Shown here in pieces: positions 30,629 through 41,341 of a stretch of DNA of 64,000 nt. Position numbers and translations under genes: made by a program. The stretch's first letter is position 1. Each line of letters begins with the position of its first letter. Under the pieces are notes generated by a model. It was not told the DNA's origin. It ran no database searches and saw only the letters and a program-made list of their open reading frames with translations. Location: positions 224,001-288,000 of the forward strand of contig CBDCYI010000009.1 of NCBI GenBank assembly GCA_965224085.1, in the 5' to 3' direction. This DNA comes from Candidatus Marinacidobacterales bacterium. GTDB taxonomy: Bacteria > Acidobacteriota > Vicinamibacteria > Marinacidobacterales > SMYC01.

Positions 30629-30946
30629 GAACAGCACACTTCGAAGCCAGGCGTTCGGTCGCGTGTCCGGTAGGCTCGTCGTGAAGTCACGAAAACGGCG
30701 CCAGACCGATAGGACATAGGTACTGAGAAGCTTCGGGGGCAACTGACAACCGACACTCTGGGCATAGGCGGATTAATACAACGGACGAGCAGGTGCATCA
30801 AAAAGATACAGCACAAAGTCCGTCGGGACCGGCCGTCCACTCGAGGCGAGCCACAAGCATCAGTGGCCTCGCTGTCGGCGACATCCCGTAAGCTTGCCGC
30901 GTTTAGAGGGCCTGTGCTATCGTTTCCAATCGAAACGACGCCATCG

Positions 30947-32425
30947 ATGACGCATGAACGGCCACGCCGGTTGAGTTTTGTGCGAATCGCTCGACTGCTC
31001 TGCCCACTCACGCTGACGTTTATCCTCGGTTGCGCGGACACCCAACGCCCTCTCGTCAATATCGTTTTCATCTCGATCGACTCGTTGCGCGCCGATCACT
31101 TGCGCTGCTACGGATATTCGCGACCGACATCACCCAGTTTAGACCGCATCGCCCGAGAAGGTGCCCTCTTCGAAAGCGTAATCGCGGAAAGTTCGTGGAC
31201 GCTTCCAACACACATCTCCATGCTTACTGGGCTATCGAGCTACGTGCACGGTGTCGAGCAAGATCAGACCCGACTCGCGGCGCGCGTGCCAACGCTCGCG
31301 TCGCGTCTACGGGAAGAGGGCTACCGAACCAAAGGCATCTACAGCGGACCCTACCTCCGTCCCGTTTTTGGCTTCGCCGAGGGTTTCGACGAATACGAAG
31401 GTGTCTACGGCATGACCGCCCTCGAAGAGGCGATCGCCGAACTGGATTCCACCGAGTCACAGAACGCTCTTAGGGAAGCCGACGCTCTCTCGCATCGAAC
31501 CGTCACCAGCCCCGCGATCACCGAAAAAGCCATCGACTTCATCAGTCGCGACCGCGACGCACCCTTCTTTCTCTTTCTTCACTACTTCGACGTTCACTAC
31601 GACTACATCCCACCCGAGCCGCTGTGGCGCGAGTTCGATCCCGACTACGACGGAGAGCTATCCGGAGACAACTTCAGGAAGGATCCCGCGATCCATCCGG
31701 ACATGAGCTCTGAGGATCTTGAGCACCTGATAGCCTTGTACGATGCCGAGATTCTGTTCACCGACCAATACATCGGGCAGCTACTCGATGCACTCGACCG
31801 CAATGGACTGGGAGAGCGAACGTTGCTAGTGGTCACCGCCGACCATGGTGAGGAGTTCTTCGAGCATGGCAACAAGGGTCACCGCTTCACACTCCATGAC
31901 GAAGTTCTCAAAGTCCCCCTCTTGCTCCGTCAACCCGGTCGCGTCCCAGCGGGACTCCGAGTCCGGGAGCAGGTGCAACACGTCGATTTCATGCCCACGA
32001 TCCTCTCCCTGCTCGATATCACCCTCGAGACCACGGTCTCGGGAATGGGCGTTGCCCACCTACTGGACAGTTCGGGTGGAGAAGCTCCGAGGACCGCGAT
32101 CTCTCGCTTGGTCCTCCCGAACGACAATGTATCCGTCTCGGCGAGAACGAAGACGTACAAGTATCTAGTGAACCAGGAGTCGGATCGTCGACGTGAGGTC
32201 CTTTACGATTTGGTGCGCGACCCCGGGGAGCAGGAGCCGGTCACTTTGAGACTCGTGCGGGGCACGAAAAGTTTGAGTGCACTGGATGGCTTCAGGAAAA
32301 CGCTCATGGATGCGGAATTGCGAGAGGTCGACGTCCGCGAAGCTCATGGCGGAGCTCGAAACGAACGCGTCGAGGTGCCGGACGATGTCGAAGAGCAGTT
32401 GCGATCTCTCGGCTACGTTCCATGA
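30947..32425 (+). CDS. Sulfatase-family lipoprotein, Ser-type motif
   Basis: FILGC lipobox, NIVFISIDSLRADHL, SSWTLPTHISMLTG, TADHGE, C-terminal LRSLGY. Confidence 0.92.
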   Translation: MTHERPRRLSFVRIARLLCPLTLTFILGCADTQRPLVNIVFISIDSLRADHLRCYGYSRPTSPSLDRIAREGALFESVIAESSWTLPTHISMLTGLSSYVHGVEQDQTRLAARVPTLASRLREEGYRTKGIYSGPYLRPVFGFAEGFDEYEGVYGMTALEEAIAELDSTESQNALREADALSHRTVTSPAITEKAIDFISRDRDAPFFLFLHYFDVHYDYIPPEPLWREFDPDYDGELSGDNFRKDPAIHPDMSSEDLEHLIALYDAEILFTDQYIGQLLDALDRNGLGERTLLVVTADHGEEFFEHGNKGHRFTLHDEVLKVPLLLRQPGRVPAGLRVREQVQHVDFMPTILSLLDITLETTVSGMGVAHLLDSSGGEAPRTAISRLVLPNDNVSVSARTKTYKYLVNQESDRRREVLYDLVRDPGEQEPVTLRLVRGTKSLSALDGFRKTLMDAELREVDVREAHGGARNERVEVPDDVEEQLRSLGYVP

Positions 32426-32484
32426 GCTCAGGCGTCGCTGAGTCGTAGCACGACTATTGGCAACATGCGTGAACGCTCCACGCC

Positions 32485-32636
32485 GTGATCGATGTGACCG
32501 GTTCCATCGAGAAAGACAAATGGGCCGACATGATTGTCCTCAACCACAACCTGTTCGAGATTTCCGAAACCGAAATCCACAAGACGGAGATCCAGAAACA
32601 ATCTTCAAAGGAAACGTGGTCGACGAAAAGCGCTAA
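32485..32636 (+). pseudogene. C-terminal scrap of an amidohydrolase
   Basis: TGSIEKDKWADMIVLNHNLF. Confidence 0.6.
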
Positions 32637-32839
32637 TGCGGGACGTCGCGATCGCCTGATGCCTGGCTCACTCTGGAGATACGCCACGGAGCCAGGGCGA
32701 CACAGCTGCCCCCGACTTTGGCGCGATCGAAAGCAAATTTCTCTTTGCTCGCTCCCCTCCTCGTTCGGTTTTTCGTTAAGCAGGCGGCCAACTGAGAACA
32801 TAAACATCGTCCTGTAGCTTCGGGCGACTCCTGCCTACT

Positions 32840-33240
32840 CGAAGTGAGGTGTACCGCGCCCGTGACACGAAGCTCGACCGTGACGTCGCGATCAAAGTCC
32901 TTCCTGGGAGTTTGCAGGCGACGACGAACGCCTGGTCGGTTCGAGCGGGAGGCCAAGCTCCTCGCGTCGCTGAACCGTGCGAACATCGCGAGCATCTTCG
33001 GGTTCGAGTCGGGCGCGCTCGTTCTCGAGTTCGTCGAGGGACCGACACTCGCTGAGCGGATCGAGCAAAGGCCGATCCCGGTCGAGGACGCCATCGCCAT
33101 TGCGAAGCAAATTGCTGAGGCGCTCGAGGCGGGCCACGAGGCAGCCGTCACCCACCGCGACTTGAAGCCCGCCATCATCAGGCTTCAAAGAAGACGGCAC
33201 GATCAAGGTCCTCGACTATGGGCTCGCGAAAGCGCTCGAT
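32840..33240 (+). pseudogene. Hanks-type Ser/Thr kinase fragment, frameshifted
   Basis: VYRARDTKLDRDVAIKVLP, RFEREAKLLASLN, HRDLKP and KVLDYGLAK across three frames. Confidence 0.85.
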
Positions 33241-33384
33241 CAGTGTTTCACGGTCGAGCTCGGCGAGCCAGAGACTCGGCCGAGTTCCATCGTAGATGGT
33301 GAGAACGACTACGGCCTCCCGTCGTGGACGAGGAGAGGCCTGGCTCCACCTATCCGTAGCCCGAAAGCTCCGAGCTCGAGGAAT

Positions 33385-33398
33385 GATAGGAAATTTCA
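33385..33398 (-). mobile_element. Isolated IS91/ISCR oriIS-like end, TGAAATTTCCTATC
   Basis: Identical 14-mer to the copies at 34224 and 34241; resembles the ISCR ori end TTTGAA.TTCCTAT. Confidence 0.55.
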
Positions 33399-33596
33399 TG
33401 CCGCGCGGAGCAAGCGGGGGCGAGCCAAGCTGAAACGTGGACGATTGCCGCGAGGGAGGAGCTCGCGTTAGGAGAAACTGGGCTGCGTACTGCTTGGAAG
33501 AGAGATTGGGTTCGTCGGTTGAGAGTTTCTCTTCCTCGGAAGATGCGGGTCGCAGTTGCGAATCGTCTTTCTTCTAATCGGCCCGAGTTTTTGACC

Positions 33597-34223
33597 TCAG
33601 CCACGCGGAGAGCCCACTCGATCTGCCACGATGCGGAGAAGCCTGGCGAGCCCCTCCTCGAGTACGGAAGGCTCGGTGAGTAAGCTCACGACGACGTGGG
33701 CCTCTTGCGAAAAGCCGAAGAAAAGTCCCGGATGAAGATATACGGAGGCTTGCCTCAAGACGTCGAACGCCCAGGCCTCGGAGCTCGCGACAGCGGGAAG
33801 TCGCACGGGCTGGTACCAGCCGCTATCGACCGGCAGCACGGAGATCGACACCGCGGCTCGAGCCTCGCGAGACAGCATTTCGAGATTGCTCGCGGTGCGC
33901 GACCGGATGGCTCGACGCAAACCGGGCGCAAGGTCTAGAAGCCGGGGCGCGGCCAGCTGCACCGCCGTCCCGACGGATAAATAAGTGTCGGCGACGTGCT
34001 CGAGGCGCGCGAGCGCTTCCCGGCGCCTTTCGAGAGCGCCCGCGACCGCGATCCAAGCGAGTTTCATCTGCGGAAGCCCCGCGAGCTTGGAAAGACCGCT
34101 CAAAACGAAAACCAGACCCCGGTGGGCGTCGGCAAAGCTTCGCTGCGTCCCGGAGAACGGATAGTCGAGAAAGGCTTCATCCACGATCAAGGCGAGGCCG
34201 AGCGCCTGCGAAAAATCGAGAAG
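33597..34223 (-). pseudogene. Class I/II PLP aminotransferase, 5' half missing
   Basis: LIVDEAFLDY, GLSKLAGLPQMKLAW (PLP lysine); cut at the oriIS-like repeat. Confidence 0.85.
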
Positions 34224-34560
34224 GATAGGAAATTTCAAAGGATAGGAAATTTCAAAGCCCTCCCAGGGCGTTCCATTGCGTTTTCTCCAGCTTGACCGAC
34301 GTGGTCCAGCTTGACCGACGTGGCGTCACGTCATTCAGTATCGGTGACATTGGCAAAGGGCATATAGCAAGACAAAGGCGGTGAGGGCGGAGGGGTTTTC
34401 GTAGGTGAAGACACAGGTATGGCGGGCGTTGCCAAAGAAACGGCACAGAGGAGATGAAGGGAAGAGAGCGAAGCTACGGCTGAGGAGGAGCGCGGGAGTG
34501 GGTCTTGGGCTTTTTGAAATGATCCAAGATTTTACGAATGACTTTCTGTTCGGTCGTATA
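34221..34560 (-). mobile_element. IS91-family 3' end: transposase C-terminus (34474-34560), 19-bp tandem repeat (34286-34323), duplicated oriIS-like end (34221-34257)
   Basis: Manual frame TEQKVIRKILDHFKKPKTHSRAPPQP*; (TCCAGCTTGACCGACGTGG)x2; (AAGGATAGGAAATTTCA)x2. Confidence 0.7.
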
Positions 34561-34581
34561 GGTTTCATAATGCCCCCTTTT

Positions 34582-36381
34582 CTACAATCCAGGAATCCTG
34601 GGAGTTTTGGAGTCGCGAGGGGTTGTTCGCGGACGGTAGTCCTTCGAAGCCTGCACGGCATTTTGGACTCTCGGTTCGTCGAGGTCGCTACGGCGGATGC
34701 TCCATGGTACCCAGGGCGCGGGTTGAACGGCGGGCAGGATGCCGCGTCCGATGATGCGACGCACGGTCATGGTGCAGACGCCGAGAATGTTCGCGGCCTC
34801 ATTGAGGGTGAGCATCTCGCTCGGCTGGTCGTTGGATCGGTTTAGTGCCGGGAGGTTGTGGTAGGAGCGGTACGCCCTGACACGGCCGGCGTTCCAGGTG
34901 AGCCCCCTGGCTGTGCGGATGCCAACCCGGTTGAGGGTCAAGGCGATGTCCTCGTCGGAAAAGCGTCCCGCCATCTGCGTGAGGATCTCCACAGTCTTCT
35001 CGGCGCCGACGCGGCGATGGCCCGTGGTGTTCTTCCTGACGCGGTGCGCCGAGTGGATACCGCCCCTCCAGTGAACAACGGCTTCGATGGTGTCGCCAGC
35101 CTCGTTGACGTCGACAACGATCTCTTCGACGAGCGTGCGCACGATGCGCTTCTTGAGGCGCATGTCTGTCGACGGAGCCTCCCATACCCGGGCGAAGTCG
35201 GAGCCGAGCGTGAGTAGCTCCTTCGTATCGATGACCTGCTGCGATGAAGGAGCTTGCTCCAGTTCGCGAAGACGCTCCTCGAGCGCGCGCACCCGCAAAA
35301 GCGTCTCGTTCCAGCGCCGCTCGAGCTCGCCCGTCACCAGCCGATTCTCGGGGTCGGAGGCGTCGTACTGGCGAAAGCTCGGCTCGGCCTCGTAGCGCGC
35401 TTGCTCCACTTCCAGCTCCACCGCCCTAAGATGCTCGTTCCTCTTCTCCACCGCCGCCCGCCCCGCCGCGATCGCGGCTTCGATCGCGCCGGGCTCCACC
35501 ACCTTGAGGACGTCTTCCTCAACCGCTCGCTCCAGGCTGGTTCCGCGAAAGCTCAGACAGCTCGGCTCGCCGTATCGGTTGGCGGCGCCCCGACATCGAT
35601 ACAAAGCCACGCCCTCTTTGCCGGAGTAATGCACGTGGAGCTTGCGCCCGCAACGGCCACAGCGAAGTAGTCCTGCGAGTAAAGCGCCTCCTGGTCGAGG
35701 CGCACCCCTGGCCATGCGTCCTTTCATGTTGGCATTGTCCGCCAAAATCTTCTGATTCCGCTCATATTCTTCCCACGTGATGTAACCAGGATGATGGTCC
35801 TGGATCAACACCGTCCACTCCGAGCGCGGCTTGTGATGACCGCGCGTGACATGAGCACGCTCGTCCACGATGCTCGTGCGTGAGCCCGTTCGGCCAAAGG
35901 CGTAGGCACCCGCATAGATGGGGTTGTTTAACATGCTCAGAACCATCCCGTAGCTTGGCAACGCCCAAACGAGCTCCGAATCCAAGCGGCGGCCACGGCG
36001 CTTGGGTAGCGATATCTGCTGTTCACGCATCCACAACAAGCTCTGGCGCGCGCTGCCCAGCTCGCGGAACTTCGCAAACACCATGTCGAGGGCTTGTTGG
36101 ATGCGCAGGTCAGCGCTTTTGTCGAGCCCTCCCTCGACGCTCCACTGGAAGCCCACCGGAATGAGGAATCGCAGCTCGCCGCGGACCGCCTTCTGATGCC
36201 TCGCCTCATGCGAGCGTTGACGAAACAGTGTCAGCTCGTACTCGCTCATCGTGCCCTTGAGGCCGAGCAACAGTCGGTCGTTGCTAAAGCGCGGGTCGTA
36301 CACACCCTCGGGGTCGATCAGCAGCGCTCCCACCAAACTGCACAGATCAATCAGGTGATGCCAGTCGAAGCACTCTGGCAA
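34582..36381 (-). mobile_element. Large serine recombinase (recombinase, zinc ribbon, coiled coil, HTH), N-terminally truncated
   Basis: DRLLLGLKGTMSEYEL, LNNPIYAG, LLAGLLRCGRCG, DPENRLV..ELERRWN; catalytic YxRxS region absent. Confidence 0.9.
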
Positions 36382-36420
36382 GCAATGAGTCTTTTCATAG
36401 GGTTTGGGAAATCCGCGGGA

Positions 36421-36918
36421 TCATACCAAACGCTTTTCGAGCTTGCCCGTCATGAGAAATGACTTGAAGCGCTTCCACTGCAAAAGGCCGTAATACCAGG
36501 CGAAGACGACGAGCACGGCGAGCCCCAAGACATCCGAGATGACGTTGTAGGGATTTAACATGCCGTAGAGCCACTGGTCGAGCGGAAGATCACGGTAGCC
36601 GAACGCGCCGGTCAAAGGCCATAGCGCAACCCAAGGGCGCATCCACATGCGATCGCAAAGCTGGTGGAACCAGAGCGCGAGGACGTAGACGAGAGGCTTC
36701 CGCCACAGGAGAAGGACGGCTGAGAGTGCGAGGTTGACCGCCAGTGAGTGGAACCACACGCGCCCATTATTAATGGTCTCACTAAAGATGATGAGACCGA
36801 AAGGCTTGTCGATGATGTCGGCCAGAAGCGTGAGCAAGACGACGAAGCGCAGGTCCGCCTTTTTGTCCATGGCGTGACAAGTAACGCTCGCCGATGCGAC
36901 GTGACCAAGGACCAACAC
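36421..36918 (-). CDS. YdjM-like inner-membrane metal-dependent hydrolase
   Basis: LGHVA, LLADIIDKP, GRVWFHSL, HQLCD, WP. Confidence 0.75.
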   Translation of the reverse strand: MLVLGHVASASVTCHAMDKKADLRFVVLLTLLADIIDKPFGLIIFSETINNGRVWFHSLAVNLALSAVLLLWRKPLVYVLALWFHQLCDRMWMRPWVALWPLTGAFGYRDLPLDQWLYGMLNPYNVISDVLGLAVLVVFAWYYGLLQWKRFKSFLMTGKLEKRLV

Positions 36919-36940
36919 GAGAGGAAAAAAACGGTAGGCG

Positions 36941-37490
36941 CTACAAGCGGAGCACGAATCGCTTGCCTTCGAGCTCGAGTTCGACTTCTCTTTCACCGAT
37001 GCGCACCACGCGCGCACCTTCGATGAGGTCGCCTTCGAAGACACGCTGATCGCTTATCACAGCGACGGGATCGCCATCGATTACAGAGGTTCCTTGCAAT
37101 ACGAGGCGCGGGATCATCAGGTCGCTTTCGACAGGTTCCGTTTCCGGCTCCGGTTGCGTCGGCTCTTCCACCTCGTCTGCGTCGAATGGTGGTGCAGAAT
37201 CACGCATGGTGGCCCGTTCGCGGCCCACGACACGGATCGGCGCGGCGGGTACGTCCTCGGGCGGTGGAGCCGCCGTGGGAGGCGTCTCAATCAGAGCAGC
37301 CGGTGCGGATGCGGGCGCCCTAGTGGCGTCCACCACGTTCTCCGGCTCGGGCTCGGCGGGTGGCTCAGGCTCGGGCTCGCGCAACGGCGGAAGCAGCGCG
37401 AGCTCGTCGTCTCCATTCGCCAGTGCAAGCGTCGCCGTCGGTTTGGGAAGCCCGCTGGTCGATACGGATTTCGACATTACTTTCTTCGGG
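36941..37490 (-). pseudogene. GspB/ExeB-like C-terminal region, 5' end missing
   Basis: Pro/Glu-rich linker then LVLQG...AVIS..RVFEGD.IEGARVVRI...VEL; no TM anchor. Confidence 0.6.
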
Positions 37491-38561
37491 TCATCCGAGC
37501 AAGACCGCAGAGGCCGCGCGGTGCGAGAGCTTGTCCGAAAGCGAGACGAGCCGTAGCTCGAATTGCCCCGAGAAGTCCGCCGCGTCGGGCGCGAGCAGAG
37601 CAACCTCGGCATCGTTGCTCAAGCCCCCGAAAAACGCGCTCGGGGGGAAGCTCGCGACACCGATCGAAGCGAGGGAGAAAAGGCCTATCACGAGCCCGAG
37701 GCTTGCCAGAAGCGACGTCATACCCCATCCCCAGCGACGGTACCAAGGACGTGCTTCCGACATGTTGAGCTCGCCTATCGCACGGCGCACGATGCTCCGC
37801 GTAATCTTGCGCTGCTCGAGCACGTAGGCTGCAAGGAGCGCTCGATCACAGACGAGGTTGATGAGCCTCGGAACGCCTTTTGAAAAACGCCGCGCGATTC
37901 GAATCGCGCCGGGCGTGAACTGCACGCTGTTGCTGCCACCGGCGACCACGAGACGGTGATGGATGTAGCGCGTCATCTCCTCCCGGCTCAGAGGCGTCAG
38001 GTGATAGCGCGCCGTCACGCGCTGAGCGAGCTGGCGCAAGTCTCTCTGAGCCAGTAGGTCGTTCAACTCGGACTGGCCAATGAGCACGATCTGAATGAGC
38101 TTTTCGGTGTCCGTCTCCAGGTTAGAAATGAGACGTACTTGCTCCAACACGTCCCGCGACAGGTTCTGCGCTTCATCGATGACCAGCACTATGTTCTTTC
38201 CGTGGAGCCGAGAGTCGAGGAGGAACGCGTGGAGCCCGTCGATGAGCTCTTTGTCGCTGTCGCCGTTCGGCGCAATGCCGAGATCATGATTTACCGAGCG
38301 CAAAAGCTCGGTCGTGCCGAGCGCCGGGTACAGAATGAAAGCGCTGACCGTGTCCTCGTCGAGCCGGTCGAGGAAGTAGCGGCACAAAGTGGTCTTGCCA
38401 GTGCCGACCTCACCGGTGATGACCATGAAGCCGCCGCGCTGGCGGAGTCCAAACTCGAGATGCGCAAAAGCTTCGTTGTGCTTGGTCGAAAGGTAGAGAA
38501 ATTTCGGATCTGAAGTCAGGTTGAAGGGCTTCTCTCGAAAGCCGTAAAAGGCTTCATACAT
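37491..38561 (-). CDS. ExeA/GspA-family AAA ATPase, C-terminally truncated
   Basis: MYEAFYGFREKPF, GEVGTGKTT, VIDEAQNL, GQSEL, QRVTARYHL, GVPRLINLVCD. Confidence 0.88.
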   Translation of the reverse strand: MYEAFYGFREKPFNLTSDPKFLYLSTKHNEAFAHLEFGLRQRGGFMVITGEVGTGKTTLCRYFLDRLDEDTVSAFILYPALGTTELLRSVNHDLGIAPNGDSDKELIDGLHAFLLDSRLHGKNIVLVIDEAQNLSRDVLEQVRLISNLETDTEKLIQIVLIGQSELNDLLAQRDLRQLAQRVTARYHLTPLSREEMTRYIHHRLVVAGGSNSVQFTPGAIRIARRFSKGVPRLINLVCDRALLAAYVLEQRKITRSIVRRAIGELNMSEARPWYRRWGWGMTSLLASLGLVIGLFSLASIGVASFPPSAFFGGLSNDAEVALLAPDAADFSGQFELRLVSLSDKLSHRAASAVLLG

Positions 38562-38782
38562 CGTACATTCGGCCTTGGCTCACCAGAAACGACACTTGTT
38601 TCAAGGGATCGACTTTAGCACAATCTCGAGGCTTACTAAAGTCGAGGGTCCTTCGCCACCGTCATTATTCCGAAGTTCTTCCGAAGCCTCCCTCTAGATG
38701 GGAACTCGATTACGCTCTCTGTGCAAGAATTCACAAGCAAGTCAAGCTGGTATGTATAAGCTTGGGCACGGAGGAACGACCT

Positions 38783-39613
38783 ATGAACCAATTTTTCTTG
38801 GCAGCTATGATTGGTGCGCTCGCCAACGGATGTGGAGCCCCGCTGGCGAGCCCAATCGCGGGAGACATCTCGTCTGTGCTCGAGCGCGGCATCGCCGACG
38901 GCACCGGCGGCTTCGACCACAGCCGGTGGGACGAGCTGCTCGTCGCTTACGCGCAGGACGGCGGCCGCCAGTTCGACTATGCCGGTCTGAAGCAGGACGA
39001 GGACAAATTCGACGCCTATTTGTCGCGGCTCGCGAAGGCCGACCTGAACTCTCTCGCCGCGAACGAGATAAAGACGCTTTTTATTAACGCGTACAACGCC
39101 TATACCGTCCGAGGTATCTTCGAACAGGTCACCGACGACGGTACCTACAAGATCGCGAGCATCCGCGACATTCCGGATGTATTCAAAAGAGAAACACATG
39201 TGGTCGGCGGTTTCGAGCTCAGCCTCGACAACATGGAGCACAACATCCTACGCCCCATCTTCAAAGATCCCCGGGTACATTTTGCCGTCAACTGCGCGTC
39301 ATCGTCGTGCCCGCCGCTCCCCGAACGCGCTTTTTTGGCGGCTCGGCTCGACGTACAACTCGACGAGGTGACGAAAGCCACGCTCACCGATCCCGATTAC
39401 ATCTCGGTCGAGGACGGCTCACTACTCGTCACGAAGATCATGGAATGGTATGGCGGCGACTTCGTGAACCCCGCTTACAAAGGCTCCGAGAAAACACTCC
39501 AAGCCTACATCGCCAAATACGCAACCGAAGAAGTTACGTCCTTCATCAAAGAGAAGGGCGAAAACCTAGCCGTAAGATTCCGCAGCTACAACTGGACCCT
39601 GAACCGCCCGTAA
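38783..39613 (+). CDS. DUF547 domain lipoprotein
   Basis: FDY..L, FINAYNA, SLDNMEH.ILR, DPRVHFAVNCASSSCP, YNWTLN. Confidence 0.9.
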   Translation: MNQFFLAAMIGALANGCGAPLASPIAGDISSVLERGIADGTGGFDHSRWDELLVAYAQDGGRQFDYAGLKQDEDKFDAYLSRLAKADLNSLAANEIKTLFINAYNAYTVRGIFEQVTDDGTYKIASIRDIPDVFKRETHVVGGFELSLDNMEHNILRPIFKDPRVHFAVNCASSSCPPLPERAFLAARLDVQLDEVTKATLTDPDYISVEDGSLLVTKIMEWYGGDFVNPAYKGSEKTLQAYIAKYATEEVTSFIKEKGENLAVRFRSYNWTLNRP

Positions 39614-39655
39614 AAGAAAAACGCCCAGTCGCTAGAAATACCTAACGACGGGGCG
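39612..39655 (-). terminator. Intrinsic terminator for the TPR gene
   Basis: Minus strand CGCCCCGTCGTTAG-gtattt-CTAGCGACTGGGCG followed by TTTTTCTTTT. Confidence 0.7.
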
Positions 39656-39706
39656 CAAAACCTCAGATCCCGAATATCCGAATATCCATTTAGTTACGTG
39701 CTTTAG

Positions 39707-41341
39707 TTACTTGATTTTCTCCCCCCGGCCAAGAATGTCGGAGCGCTCTTGAAGCCCAGGATCGTTCACGCCGTACTCCGCCGCCTTCGCGGCGTGATCG
39801 ACGATCAAAGCGACGAGCGCATCGTCTTCCGGCGTGCACGGGCAACCGGCGCTGATTTGTCCGAACGCCGACCACGCGAGGCCCCAGTGCGCGAGACCAT
39901 AATTCGGAAAAGCCGCAAGCGCTTTTTGAAAATTATCGACCGCCTCGGGGAAACGCTGGCTGTCTTTGAGGGCGATGCCGTAATAGGCCCAACCGAGAGC
40001 GTTCGCATATTCCGGCGACATCACGGCTTTTTCGAGCGCTTCGAGCGCCGGCTGTAGCTGCTGGCTCTCGTAATGCGCGATGCCGAGCTCCGTCAAATAG
40101 TCTGCGTTTCCCGCATCGAGCGACTCGGCTTTCTGGAGCGCCGCGAGACCTTCAGCGGTTTGTTTCTGCGTGCGCAGGAGACGACCTTTCCGGTAGTGCG
40201 CTTCCGCGAGGCTGTCATCGAGCTCGGCCGCTTTCGAGAACTCCGTGATCGCGTCCGCACTGTTCTTCGCGCCCTCGTGAGAAAGGCCGAGATAGAGATG
40301 GCCCATCGCGTTGTCGGGATCCGTCGCGACTAGTTGCCGCATCACCTCCCCAAGCTCGCTGAACTTTCGCTGCTCGACATATATCTCCCCGAGCGCGACA
40401 TAGGCGACGATGAGATTCGGGTTCAGCTGAACAGCTTTCTCGTAATAGTTCGTCGCCATGCTCACATTTTCCTGGGCGTGGTAGACCTGCGCGAAGGCGA
40501 GGTTCGCGTCCGGGTCATCGGCGTTGACAGTGATGGCCATCGCGAGATCCGAATAGGCCTCATTGGTGTTTCCGAGAGCGTTGTTGGCCTTGCCGCGAAT
40601 GCCGTATGCGCGCGTCAACTGGTCGTTGAGCCCGAGTGCCTTGGAGGCCGAGTCAACGGCCCCGGGATAGTCCTCTTCGGCGAAGAGCACGTCGGCGAGC
40701 CCAGCATGAGCTTCCGCGGTGTTCGGGTCGAGCTCGAGGGCTTTTTGAAACGATGCCTTGGCCTCTTCTCGGTTTCCTTGAGCGAGCGCCGCTTCACCGA
40801 GGGTGTTATGCGCAAACGCATTGTTGGGCGCGAGCTCGAGGGCCTTCACCGCGATTAGCGCGGCTTCGTCGAGCTGGCCGGTCTTCGCCAGTCCCATCGC
40901 CAAACCAATGGCCACATCCGCGCTATCGGGGTTCATCTCGATCGCTTTGCGTCCGATTTCGACGGCCTTCACGTAATCTGCCGAGCGCGAATAGCCTATC
41001 GTCATGCCTTCGTAGCACTCGGCTTGCTCCTTGGCGTCGTCGAGATGCTCGGCGGCCAGCGCATAGGCGCTGGCTGCGTTCTGCCACTCCTCGAGTCCCC
41101 GATAGATCCGGGCGAGCTGGAGTCGAGAATCTCCATCGTCCGGAAAGTCCTGGAGAACTCGTAGAAACAGCCCGCCAGCCTTGGCGGAATCGTCCTCTTT
41201 CAACGCTTCCTCGGCTGCTTGGATGTAACGCCGAGCGTCCCGTCTAGAAAGCGGTTTGTCGTCCTGGGCCAGAACCGGCATCGCCAAACCCAAAATAAGA
41301 ATGACAAGGGTGGCCGCCTTGAAAGCCCCAAAAGTCCTCAT
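39707..41341 (-). CDS. Secreted tetratricopeptide-repeat protein
   Basis: Signal peptide (..MPVLA-Q) and many TPR units such as AHNTLGE..FQKALELDPN. Confidence 0.9.
   Translation of the reverse strand: MRTFGAFKAATLVILILGLAMPVLAQDDKPLSRRDARRYIQAAEEALKEDDSAKAGGLFLRVLQDFPDDGDSRLQLARIYRGLEEWQNAASAYALAAEHLDDAKEQAECYEGMTIGYSRSADYVKAVEIGRKAIEMNPDSADVAIGLAMGLAKTGQLDEAALIAVKALELAPNNAFAHNTLGEAALAQGNREEAKASFQKALELDPNTAEAHAGLADVLFAEEDYPGAVDSASKALGLNDQLTRAYGIRGKANNALGNTNEAYSDLAMAITVNADDPDANLAFAQVYHAQENVSMATNYYEKAVQLNPNLIVAYVALGEIYVEQRKFSELGEVMRQLVATDPDNAMGHLYLGLSHEGAKNSADAITEFSKAAELDDSLAEAHYRKGRLLRTQKQTAEGLAALQKAESLDAGNADYLTELGIAHYESQQLQPALEALEKAVMSPEYANALGWAYYGIALKDSQRFPEAVDNFQKALAAFPNYGLAHWGLAWSAFGQISAGCPCTPEDDALVALIVDHAAKAAEYGVNDPGLQERSDILGRGEKIK

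Noticed and set aside
34221-34323. 17-bp and 19-bp repeats as CRISPR or plasmid iterons
   Set aside because: Head-to-tail duplicates without spacers and no rep or cas gene; better explained as an IS91 3' end.
34582-36381. Prophage integrase marking a prophage
   Set aside because: No phage structural or replication genes nearby, and the recombinase is truncated.
39669-39711. Short duplications CCGAATAT x2 and TTTAGTTAC x2
   Set aside because: Too short, between convergent gene ends, and no supportable function.
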